Assembly: GCA_002269645.1 (NCBI GenBank)
Contig: NIVC01004987.1
Coordinates: forward strand, 1 to 29,436
Reading direction: 5' to 3'
Length of the DNA: 29,436 bases
Source of the DNA: Macrostomum lignano
Lineage: Eukaryota
Positions 1 through 10,825 of this stretch are shown in pieces. Positions within the stretch are counted from its first letter, which is position 1. Every line of letters starts with the position of its first letter. A model generated the notes under the pieces. That model did no database searches. It saw only the letters and a program-made list of their open reading frames with translations, and was not told where the DNA came from. Both the position numbers and the translations under genes were made by a program.

Positions 1-9
1 CTAAACTGT

Positions 10-772
10 TATAGCTAAATGTAGCCTCTCCACTTTTGGGGTGCAGAGAAGGCTATAAACAAAGCTATTCCAAAACACTGTACATTGCCATATACATTCC
101 GCCCTATCGCCTGACCCTTGGTCTGGCTCTGGGGGAATGAGTAAGTGAGTGGCACAAACAACAGAAAAAGCAGACAAACTTTACATGCTAACAGTTTCTT
201 TTTCAATTGAGTTACAGAGTTGAAACTTTACATTTAGACAGAGAATGAGTCAATGAAGAATTGTGTCAAGTTTGAAATCAATCGCTTCACGTGGAGCAAA
301 CTTATGGCAGCCAAAATATAGTCGATTTTTGAACCCATTTTCCACATCTCGCAAGATAAGGGAAAGAGAGGCAGGCCGACGGAGGTTGGGGTGGCTGTCT
401 TGCTGAAAAAACAGCCTAATTTTAAAAGTGCACAGTGCCGTTCAGGATCAACTTTGAGACTCGAAATTTTACACAATTGTGTCAAAATAGTTTAAGATTG
501 TCTGTGTCAAATTAGAAGAGAATTGGTAGAAGTAGAGTGGCGCTATGGAGGATTTAGTGAAAAAATCGTGCATTTTGAGCAGTTTTTTGCACTTTTAGGT
601 AGAAAGACTCAAATTTAGGAAATTTAAATGTAGCCTAAGACATTCTCCATAGTGAGTTTACGGTGGGTGTAAAATTTGGTGTCATTTGGTTGAGCAGTTT
701 GGAAGTCCATAGCGAACAAAATTGTCTACAAACATACAGACATACAGAGTTTTGATTTTTATATGTAGAGAT
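10..772 (+). mobile_element. Non-autonomous Helitron-like (Lep1/DINE/HINE-type) repeat, 3' part
   Basis: The tail has the layout I recall for Lep1/DINE-type elements: AAATGTAGCCTAAGACATTCTCC ... GTAAAATTTGG ... TGGTTGAGCAGTTTGG ... GCGAACAAA ... ACAAACATACAGACATACAG ... TTTTTATATGTAGAGAT. TAAATGTAGCCT occurs twice (~17 and ~625). No Rep/helicase is present. Family and 5' end are uncertain. Confidence 0.5.
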
Positions 773-1601
773 CATAAAAACCATAAAACTCATAAGATGA
801 AAGTTCATAACTATTTGTGATTTATAAAATTTTCAAATTCCATGGAAACTAATCATGTAATTTTCTATAAAAAAACTTGAACAAAAAATGATGTTAACTA
901 GTGCATTGTATTTGGTGAGTGAAGCGAGTAAAGTAGAGATGTTTATAAAGTAGACAAAAATGTGTAACACACAAAAAAGGTCATTTATTGTCGCAAAGCC
1001 TAGAAAACCTAGCATAAGTTCCTAGGACCTTGGCGTACATTTTAGTATGAAGTGGCATAGATTTTTTAGGGGACTTTTTCCTCGGCATATATTATAACAT
1101 GATCCTGACTATGGTTAGAATAGTATATAATATATTATTTACAAGATGTAGACTGCCATGTAGGCAATTAAAACATTAGGTAGATGGCTACTATATATAT
1201 AAACACAAATCATGTTTTGGCAAGGTTTTTGGTAAATTTTAGCAAAAATGTTTTTTTAACAAATCATTTCATATTGACTTTCTTTAAATGCATCATGGGC
1301 GATTTTCCTCTTTCGTTCGTTAAATTATTTTTTCGATTTGAATCGGTGCGTAGAGGCGAAAAAGTGACGTGGCAGCATTTGAAATTGTGCCTATTGAAAA
1401 AATGATGTGGCAGTAGTGGAAAGGACATGGGGTTGCTGCTGACACATGTCTATGGCACTACTCACCTACTCGGTTCGTGGCGGAGTATAGGCAGCAGCTT
1501 GCACTCGCTCCTTGCTCCCCTTCCCACTCTCGCATGAGCTTTGACTTATCGCATTGAGTCTTCACTTGTTAAATTTTATTAAATTTTACTCAAACTGCAA
1601 C

Positions 1602-1898
1602 ATGGCTGGGCGCCCAGCGGCACCTACATTCATCGTCCCTCCTGGACAACTGCGTCCCTCGCTGGAGCTGTGCGACATAAACTTTACGATGCGCGAGCTG
1701 GCCAACATCACCCAGACGCCTAGAGACTGCATCAACTGGATGGCAACCTTCCATCTTCTGGCCAACCAACAGACATGCTCAACATGCCCCGGAGCCCCGG
1801 CGATGCGTCTGCAGCAGCGCACGGGTGATCGCTTTGTGGACAGGCTTGCTTGGGCATGTACCGGCTGCCATGGCCAGGTCTCCATAAGAAAGGGCTCT
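1602..1898 (+). pseudogene. N-terminal Zn-ribbon fragment of a Merlin (IS1595/ISXO2-like) transposase, no DDE domain
   Basis: ATG at 1602. The peptide LLANQQTCSTCPGAPAMRL...DRLAWACTGCHGQVSIRKGS matches the LL-x-CxxC-M-L...D...W-CxxC...SIRKGS pattern of eukaryotic IS1595-like transposases. Similarity stops after SIRKGS. No TIR pair found. Confidence 0.65.
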
Positions 1899-4782
1899 TT
1901 GCTGGGGCTCCAGTTGAACCATATTGGACTTTGTGAGACTCTCTGTATGCCAGAGCAAGCTACGGGACGCAGTGCCCTATTGTTGTCGTTTACTGTCGTT
2001 ACATGTCGTTTACCATTACCGTTTGTCTTTAGTTAAACAACTCCATCCAACTTTCCGAGAAAAATTTAAGTCCCAGCATCCCATTACTGTCGTTTTCTGA
2101 CATTACTCAGTAGTCACAACTTGTTTCTGTCGAAAAAATAATTTAACGAATGAAAGAGGAAAATCGCCGCATCATGCATTAAACTTTACTAAATATAAAA
2201 TTTTCTTTACCTTTGCCTAAAATATTTATAAAATATAACTTAATATTTAGATAATTTAGGACATATTATTACTCTTATTAATTTTAGCAGAACTTACCTG
2301 AGTAATTTCAGAAATTGACTGCTTTAAAGTCTTTTTGTTAAGGGAACCAACCAAATTTTCTATTTGGTTTAATGCAAATTGCAGAGAGTCTAGCATTGTT
2401 GATAGTAAATGCTTTGTAGGGCTAAACAGTAATAGTTTGATGCTAGTAACATGTCAAATGACAATTTTGACAATCAAAGCACAATTTAATGTTTTAAGTA
2501 AGAATTGTCAGACTACTAGGCTAGTATAGTGTAGGACTTGCTACACCTCTAACTTTATTCAAGTTCAACTTGACAGCAAAAAAAGGGGGCTAATGTTTCT
2601 CAAAGAATGCAGAAAGTAAAGGGTATTTTTATTAGTATTCAGTCTGTATCTCTTGCTATTTTAAAAATTATATTAGTAACTAGGGCTAAGCCTATTTTCG
2701 AGTACTAGTCTACTGTATTTAGGCCTATATAAATATATTGTGATTAAAAAATTAAGACATCTTAAATATCACCTAATGAGTACTCAGAAAAAAAGATTTA
2801 TTCATTGTTCACCATTCAGGTAATCATGTCAATCATTATTCTGTTATTCTGTTATTTACTGTCAATATTGACTGGCTTTAGAAGCTTGAAAACTGTAGAT
2901 ATTAATAAATAAATATTTATAACATATTTTTTGTCTTATAAGAAATTGTGTTTTTTACTTTAAATTAAAACCGACACCAAAAACAATAAAAAACTTTGAT
3001 ATAATGCGACAATTTGAGTCACGCTTTTTTTAAATAATCGTGCTTGTCGATGACTAATGTAAAAACTATGTTACAAATATAAATATTTATCACGATTGTC
3101 TCTATAACCAAATTCTTCGAGTATGAAGTCGGCCCACACCCCAGAGTGGCTAAAACGAAATCAAAGACGAAAAATATCAACAAGATGGGCCCACTCAGTG
3201 GGCCCGGCCATAAAGTCTTGATCCAATAGAACTACGCATTTTGCTGAAAATGATTAAATGCAACGATTTTTTATGCATGCAGAATCACTGCAGATTTTTC
3301 ATGGAAGTAACAATGCAAAGCAGTGAAGCATGCAGCTATGACTGAGAGGGTCATGGTTACCATTACCGCCCTGATGTCCCTGCAGTTGTTAAGTTCCATG
3401 CAATCAGCCGCGGTGGGCGGGGGAGTGACAGCTGGAACAGCAGCTCAGGAGGTGGGCCGTTAGCCCATACACCTTTCCCTATGCTTAGATGTAACCCACT
3501 GCAGTTAATCCAAGTGCAGGGTGACAACGGCGGTATGGGTGGGAGCAGGGAGCCATGAGGATCCCGATCACTGGTCGAGCAATCTCGGCCAGGCCATTGG
3601 CCAGCTCGTGGCCTCGGAATGGCCCGACTTCCCCTGGGAGCCACCTTAAAGACACCCTGTTGGGGGCGCCCTAAGCGGTTAGCAGGCACCATGGCACACT
3701 TGCTTTTTTCTTTTACATGGATACATGTATTTTCTTACCCTCTCCAATTAACATTTCGCTAGGTGAGCCGTTTTGCTGGTTGTCCATGTCCCATCCAGGT
3801 CATGCAATCTCACCCACACTTGTTCCGTTACATATTGTCGACGTCAACCCAAGCGCGTCACGATTAGTTTAGATGAAGATGATCTGTCCATCTGAATGTA
3901 AACTACATGTACATGTAGTTCATGTGGTTCATATTATACATACTGTATATACCGTATGTTTCATAGACAAATGAAATAGAAATAGAAATAACCAAGACGT
4001 TAATTGCCATTGCAGCAAAGCGAGTACTATATGTACATATAGTCAATAGTGTGTTGTTTAAATTTCTGACAGAATAGATTTCGCTAACCTCCCATTATTA
4101 TTTGCAAAAAATACAGACAGTAAAAATAAATTACGAGTAATATCCGTACGTAAAGCTTTACCAGTTTTTTAAGTAACTCCGCGTAATTTACCGATCTTTC
4201 TTACAAATTACTCGTACATACGATCCTACATGGTAGATAAGAAACGCATAATTTTTGGCATATTGGAAATTTAAAAGTTAAATTACTAAACTCTCGATCA
4301 TTAGCTCCAATGAGTTCCGTATCATTTTGAGTTGCCGGGGTGAATGGGGATGTCATCTTAAGCGCCGGCATAATGCTTTCATCCGGCCCTTAGAAGGGCA
4401 GAAAGAGTCAAAAGCAATTCAACTGAATAGTTGAATCTATTCACAGTTTCGTGTAGCGCGCTGTAGTATCTATTTTCTACCTAAGTACACTCGTATATAA
4501 AGTCTTTCTATCTTACACGCTGGAAAGTGAAAGTACTTCTACAAACATACGTGTAAACTTATTGAAATCATAGAAAGAACTGGAGATAGTGGCCAACTAT
4601 TTAATACTCGTACATGTAGGCGTTCATTGAAATCGTATCTTGGGATCATTACTTGTTTTGTCCTTTATACATTTCTGTACATAAGGAAGAGAAATACAAG
4701 AAATGTCCGTGGCGATTTGACCGTTGTGCAGCTCAAAGTGAAAAACTGACCACCGCAAGTTTTACTCATACTCTCCGCGACG

Positions 4783-6113
4783 CTACTCCTCATCATCTCC
4801 TCCTCCAGTTTCTTCGATCATCGGCTCAGGTTCGTCACGGTCCGACTCCGCTCCGACTGATGCTTCATCAGCCGGCTCGTCGGCGTCCACTTCTTCTTCG
4901 AAGTCATCGTCATCGGGCTCATCGCTTGCAAAATCGTCATCGGCTGTATCGTCGTCGTCGGAAACCGCTAAGCTACTTTGACGAGAGGAGACTGGGGAAC
5001 GCTCATCCTGCAGTGGCTCGTCTGGTTGGTTGGTTGGTTGGTTGGTTGGTTGGTTGGTTGGTTGGTTGGTTGGTTGGTTGGTTGGTTGGTTGGTTGGTTG
5101 GTTGGTTTGTTTGTTGGTTGGTTGTTTGGTTGGTTGGTTGGTTGGTTGGTTGGTTGGTTGGTTGGTTGGTTGGTTGGTTGGTTGGTTGGTTGGTTGGTTG
5201 GTTGGTTGGTTTGTTTGTTGGTTGGTTATTTGGTTGGTTGGTTGGTTGGTTGGTTGGTTGGTTGGTTGGTTATTTGGTTGGTTGGTTGGTTGGTTGGTTG
5301 GTTGGTTGGTTGGTTGGTTGGTTGGTTGTTGGTTGGTTGGTTGGTTGGTTGGTTGGTTGGTTGGTTGGTTGGTTGGTTGGTTGGTTGGTTGGTTGGTTGG
5401 TTGGTTGGTTGGTTGGTTGTTGGTTGGTTATTTGGTTGGTTGATCCAAAAAATCAAATCAAATCTCGATAGCTAACCTCGGTTGGCATTGGCATCATCGT
5501 GGTCCGGATCGCCCATCCCATCCACACCCATGTTCTCCAGCTCCTCGCGTCGTTCTTCGCGTCTCTCTCGCTCTCGCCGACGCTCCTCCTGCAACTCCAT
5601 ATTGTCGTTCATGACTTCCAGCGCTTCGTTTTCCATTCGGTAGAGCCAAGCTTCGCGCTCACGGTCAGTCAGCCGGTGATCATCGTCCCCGTCCAGAACC
5701 TGCGCAGCTAGCTGGCCTCGAGCGAAGGCCGCTTGTCTGAAAGAAATTTGAATTTGAGTACGAGCGTATCACCTAATGCAATTATTATCAATAGTTGACC
5801 AGCGCACTATAAAAAATTGACAAGGAGGGATGTTTGCGGCATCTGCAACGCTTCCAAACCTATAACAATTTACATGAACAGAAACATACTTTTGAAACCA
5901 ACATTGACTTCATATGAGTCACTGAAAGAGGATAGGCTACCTGTCACCGTCTGCAAAGTAAGCTTGCTGAGCCTCATCAGCACCAAGCTGTCCGTTAACC
6001 TCCAGTAGGCTGTGCCGTCGCTTGCTGCTCTCCAGAAATGCCACCAACTCTTCGCGTTTCGACTCGCGTTTAGCCAATTCTCGCTGACGCATTTTGTCCA
6101 CAGTATTTCCCAT
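4783..6113 (-). CDS. Spliced gene for a 223-aa highly acidic, Asp/Glu/Arg-rich protein of unknown family (coding exons 6113-5941, 5736-5477, 5021-4783)
   Basis: Both introns are GT-AG (TTTCAG/GTAGCC; TTTCAG/GTTAGC; CCAG) and phases match (2 then 1). 173+260+239=672 nt gives 223 aa plus TAG. Start context is ACAAATGG. An acceptor at 6122 implies a 5' UTR exon (candidate GTAAGG donor at 6352). ATTAAA lies at 4605-4600. Protein: [23 protein letters not shown]...[13 protein letters not shown]...[18 protein letters not shown]...[13 protein letters not shown]...GGGDDEE. Confidence 0.8.
5024..5442. repeat. (GGTT)n/(CCAA)n microsatellite, about 105 units with TTT, TAT and TGT interruptions, filling an intron
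   Basis: Seen directly. It lies between the donor at 5476 and the acceptor at 5023-5022. Confidence 0.98.
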
Positions 6114-6879
6114 TTGTGCGGCTGAAACTTGAAGCAGTACTAACTGGGCAACAGACAGCAATTGTGAGGAAAGACCGAGGACTCCAGAAATTGCGTATCG
6201 TTTTAGCTATTTGAAAGCACCCTGACAAAGTTGAATTTTTGTTTATGTTTAATACGCAGCAGAATCGGTTGGTGGCGTGGTGTCGGTCAAGTCAGGCTTT
6301 GGTATAGCTGGATAGTTGCAATTAAACAAACTTAACAACCCCCACCCCTTACTTGCAAGCGCGTTGTCCAGGGTTCAACAGCCAACCTTGCAACACTTGG
6401 TGGTGACGAAAAATGCGAGCAAACTTTCAGCTAGTTTGAATAAATCACTGAAACTTGCATTTAGGTTAGATCTTGGGGCTTAATTCCTGTTTAAGGTAGT
6501 CCTGGTAGCTCTCTGTAGCAGCACAGCAGAAAAAGGTAAAGCAGTTTCGTTGGGATGAAAGAAAATTACTTAAACTCTTCTTGATGAAAGAGTTAAGCGG
6601 GGTGCAACTATATTTTGATAATAGCCATCTAAGATTAACCTAACTGGGGCCTACGACAATTTACGAGTACCATCAATAATTTGATTGTCATCAATTGACT
6701 GCTGAACCTACTAGCCCTATCCTATATTTGTTCTAAACCCTAACCTAAATTCTCGGCAAGTTAATTTATGCATGGCAGTCATGCAATTGTCGCGCTCCCC
6801 CATTACTATGCGGTAGGTCTGATCGATTGACTAGTGAAAGTAGCATTTAGGGCATTTCATATACATTGTTTTATTACTT

Positions 6880-6940
6880 TACCAATCGAAATGCTGATTT
6901 GTTACGTAGTTAACCAACACGGAAGTGCTGGTCACGTACT
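6880..6940. promoter_or_regulatory. Candidate bidirectional promoter core between the two divergent acidic genes (copy at ~16138-16198)
   Basis: CCAAT (6882-6886), Ets-type CGGAAGTG (6920-6927) and GTCACGTA (6931-6938) cluster within 60 nt between oppositely oriented genes. These short motifs can occur by chance. Confidence 0.3.
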
Positions 6941-7628
6941 TTCCATTTCCCGTCATTGATATCAACCCCTAACCGGAGACAATACATTGCATTGATTAAT
7001 GATCAATCATCAAACTCTTGTTTGCAGGGTGTTCGCTCACAACACATTTTTCTGCTGAAACTTCGGGTTCTTTCTGCGATGAAAGGAATTAAACAAGCGT
7101 AGTTCTCACGGTTCCATACAATTTTTTATCCTGCGACACCCGTCTGTAGAGCATTCGCCAAACAGCATATTGTCTGCCGCTTGGTCTTGTCAAATTATAT
7201 TATATTAAATAATATTAAAGCTCTCGCTGGGCAATGCAGACTCTGACCCTACAGTTTGGCATTGTGGCATTTCGCTTGGACGAAAGATACTGTAATTTGA
7301 GACAGACTGGAAATGGGCAAGGCAGATCAGAGTCTACCCCACTGCGATAAACTGGTTAATTGAAGCATCTCCCTGCCAGCTGCGCGCGTTTTTTCTTCAT
7401 CGTTTAAAACCCTTGCCTAGGTGCGCAAGGTGAATTGAAGTAAAGACCACCCCCAGAACGCCTTGCCCCGAGCCTTAGCAACCTGAGCCACCTGCGCGGG
7501 CTCTTTTTTGAAGTAATTTATGCAGAAAAGAAGAGCTAAAAAAGCAAATCAACATTTCCACTGAAAAAAAGCAGAGAGATTAACAGACCAGCAACCAGAG
7601 CGTAGAAAATCAAGATCGAAACGGCAAG

Positions 7629-8492
7629 ATGACGAGTCAAGAAGCTGAGAATCAGAATCGTGAAGACGAAGAAGCGAAAGCGATGCATCGAGAAGAAGAA
7701 AAAGCAGAGCATCAGGGAGACGAGGACGTGGAGCACCAAGGAGACGAGGATGCAGAGCATCAGGGAGACGAGGACGTGGAGCACCAAGGAGACGAGGATG
7801 CAGAGCATCAGGGAGACGAGGATGCAGAGCATCAGGGAGACGAGGATGCAGAGCATCAGGGAGACGAGGATGCAGAGCATCAGGGAGACGAGGATGCAGA
7901 GCACCAGGGAGACGAGGATGCAGAGCGCCAGGGAGACGAGGATGCACAGCACCAAGGAGACGAGGATGCAGAGCGCCAAGGAGACGAGGATGCAGAGCAT
8001 CTGGAAAAAGAGGCTTCAAAGCACCATAAAGAAGAGAATGCGGAGCGCAAGGAAGAAGACGATATGAAGCACCGGGAAGCGGAGTTTGTGAAACGCCACG
8101 AAGACAGTGATAACAGAAAGCAGCTAGAGCACAAAAAGGAGCAAGACATAAAGCTACCAACAATGAAAGTAGAGGTCCGAGAAGCTTTTCAGGATGATGA
8201 CAACTCGGAAGAGAAGAAGTGCAATGAATTTCAACAATCGGATTCAACTCCAACGTGGCAACAATCTAAGCAACTGCCTCCTTTGCGCAGCTACGTGTTG
8301 TCGAAACGAAGTGGCAAGACTGGTCGGCAAGATCAGCAGAAGCTGGCACCAAATCGGGTGATGATGGAGGCAGCTCAGCTGCTGCCAAAACTTCGACATT
8401 CTCGTCCCGGCATCGGATATTACGGACGGGTGCGCGGGCAAGCCGCGAACAGGTCTGTTGACCTGCGGTCGAGTCACGAACCGGCAGGTCAG
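7629..8492 (+). CDS. Large exon of an acidic His/Asp/Glu repeat protein (12x HQGDEDAE); this copy lacks its putative last exon
   Basis: Open frame from ATG 7629 with an in-frame 24-bp repeat. A perfect CAG|GTAAGT donor lies at 8492/8493 (phase 0). Unspliced, the frame ends at 8615 (328 aa). The true start is uncertain: acceptors at 7525 and 7586, in-frame TAA at 7581. Confidence 0.55.
7710..7997 (+). repeat. 24-bp coding minisatellite, 12 copies (second array 16967-17254)
   Basis: Units of CATCAGGGAGACGAGGATGCAGAG; 288/24=12. Confidence 0.97.
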
Positions 8493-8685
8493 GTAAGTGG
8501 CGGATGGCTTTGTGGCGATTACACATGCTCTGAAATCAGAGTAAAATTGGTAATTCAATCTAATCCTACTGCCCACAAAAGTAGCACACTATCACATCAT
8601 AGAAATCGACAATGACACTATGCAGTACACATTGTCACGTAAAAGTACGGAGTGACTCATTCCAACTATTCATATGAGCGTAGAC

Positions 8686-10115
8686 CACAGCAATCGGAGT
8701 GACACTCTCCAAAATTAACCACACTCACAACACAGCAATCGGAGTGACACTCTCCAAATGCACCACACTCGCGACACAGCAATCGGAGTGAACACTCTCC
8801 AAATGCACCACACTCACAACACAGCAATCGGAGTGAACACTCTCCAAATGCACCACACTCGCGACACAGCAATCGGAGTGACACTCTCCAAATACACCAC
8901 ACTCACGACACAGCAATGGGAGTGACACTCTCCAAATGCACCACACTCGCGACACAGCAATCGGAGTGAACACTCTCCAAATGCACCACACTCACGACAC
9001 AGCAATCGGAGTGAACACTCTCCAAATTCACCACACTCGCGACACAGCAATCGGAGTGACACTCTCCAAATACACCACACTCACGACACAGCAATCGGAG
9101 TGACACTCTCCAAATACACCACACTCACAACACAGCAATGGGAGTGACACTCTCCAAATGCACCACACTCGCGACACAGCAATCGGAGTGAACACTCTCC
9201 AAATGCACCACACTCACGACACAGCAATCGGAGTGAACACTCTCCAAATTCACCACACTCGCGACACAGCAATCGGAGTGACACTCTCCAAATACACCAC
9301 ACTCACGACACAGCAATCGGAGTGACACTCTCCAAATACACCACACTCACGACACAGCAATCGGAGTGAACACTCTCCAAATGCACCACACTCGCGACAC
9401 AGCAATCGGAGTGACACTCTCCAAATACACCACACTCACGACACAGCAATCGGAGTGACACTCTCCAAATGCACCACACTCGCGACACAGCAATCGGAGT
9501 GAACACTCTCCAAATGCACCACACTCACAACACAGCAATCGGAGTGAACACTCTCCAAATGCACCACACTCGCGACACAGCAATCGGAGTGACACTCTCC
9601 AAATACACCACACTCACAACACAGCAATGGGAGTGACACTCTCCAAATGCACCACACTCGCGACACAGCAATCGGAGTGAACACTCTCCAAATGCACCAC
9701 ACTCACGACACAGCAATCGGAGTGAACACTCTCCAAATTCACCACACTCGCGACACAGCAATCGGAGTGACACTCTCCAAATTCACCACACTCGCGACAC
9801 AGCAATCGGAGTGACACTCTCCAAATACACCACACTCACGACACAGCAATCGGAGTGACACTCTCCAAATACACCACACTCACAACACAGCAATGGGAGT
9901 GACACTCTCCAAATGCACCACACTCGCGACACAGCAATCGGAGTGAACACTCTCCAAATGCACCACACTCACGACACAGCAATCGGAGTGAACACTCTCC
10001 AAATTCACCACACTCGCGACACAGCAATCGGAGTGACACTCTCCAAATACACCACACTCACGACACAGCAATCGGAGTGACACTCTCCAAATACACCACA
10101 CTCACGACACAGCAA
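8686..10115. repeat. 44/45-bp satellite, about 32 monomers with higher-order structure
   Basis: Unit CACAGCAATCGGAGTGA(A)CACTCTCCAAAT[G/A/T]CACCACACTC[G/A]C[G/A]A. Confidence 0.97.
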
Positions 10116-10825
10116 TTGTATATAGTGCATTGTATTTGGTGAGTGAAGCGAGTAAAGTAGAGATGTTTATAAAGTAGACAAAAATGTGTAACACACAAAA
10201 AAGGTCATTTATTGTCGCAAAGCCTAGAAAACCTAGCATAAGTTCCTAGGACCTTGGCGTACATTTTAGTATGAAGTGGCATAGATTTTTTAGGGGACTT
10301 TTTCCTCGGCATATATTATAACATGATCCTGACTATGGTTAGAATAGTATATAATATATTATTTACAAGATGTAGACTGCCATGTAGGCAATTAAAACAT
10401 TAGGTAGATGGCTACTATATATATAAACACAAATCATGTTTTGGCAAGGTTTTTGGTAAATTTTAGCAAAAATGTTTTTTTAACAAATCATTTCATATTG
10501 ACTTTCTTTAAATGCATCATGGGCGATTTTCCTCTTTCGTTCGTTAAATTATTTTTTCGATTTGAATCGGTGCGTAGAGGCGAAAAAGTGACGTGGCAGC
10601 ATTTGAAATTGTGCCTATTGAAAAAATGATGTGGCAGTAGTGGAAAGGACATGGGGTTGCTGCTGACACATGTCTATGGCACTACTCACCTACTCGGTTC
10701 GTGGCGGAGTATAGGCAGCAGCTTGCACTCGCTCCTTGCTCCCCTTCCCACTCTCGCATGAGCTTTGACTTATCGCATTGAGTCTTCACTTGTTAAATTT
10801 TATTAAATTTTACTCAAACTGCAAC

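Larger units (their letters stand above)
899..10115. repeat. Tandem segmental duplication, copy 1 (~9.2 kb)
   Basis: Sequence from TAGTGCATTGTATTTGG (899) recurs from 10123. Every ORF in the track recurs at offsets 9224, 9223 and then 9257. Confidence 0.97.

Noticed and set aside
15-206. Hydrophobic 63-aa ORF as the channel M4 exon; also an FYW motif near 20370
   Set aside because: The true M4 exon was found at 21166-21011. These sequences lack the IDxxSR-FP motif.
895-905. CTAG|T at the left breakpoint, suggesting a rolling-circle Helitron concatemer
   Set aside because: No subterminal hairpin, no TC 5' end and no Rep/helicase, and the copy-2 junction reads ATAG rather than CTAG. Not supported.
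1184-1405. 73-aa and 64-aa AT-rich ORFs (also 2335-2529 and their duplicates)
   Set aside because: Short, Phe/Leu/Asn-rich as expected from AT-rich non-coding DNA, with no motifs.
4653-5475. Long (WLVG)n membrane-protein-like ORFs and (NQPT)n ORFs (also 13876-14732)
   Set aside because: These are translations of the GGTT microsatellite. Their non-repeat parts are the antisense shadow of the acidic gene's exons.
7255-7429. Possible upstream exon of the repeat gene (DWKWARQIRVYPTAINWL...), phase-compatible with the acceptor at 7525
   Set aside because: Weak donor, in-frame TAA at 7292 and 7581, and a 40-codon open stretch can arise by chance. Unsupported without RNA data.
8666-10101. Many Cys-rich MWCIWRV.../CRECG ORFs resembling zinc fingers or metallothionein (also 17923-19447)
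   Set aside because: Artefacts of the 44/45-bp satellite cycling through reading frames.
8686-10115. CRISPR-like appearance (regular palindromic repeats)
   Set aside because: The sequence between palindromes is itself repeated, so there are no unique spacers. No cas genes, and the context is eukaryotic.
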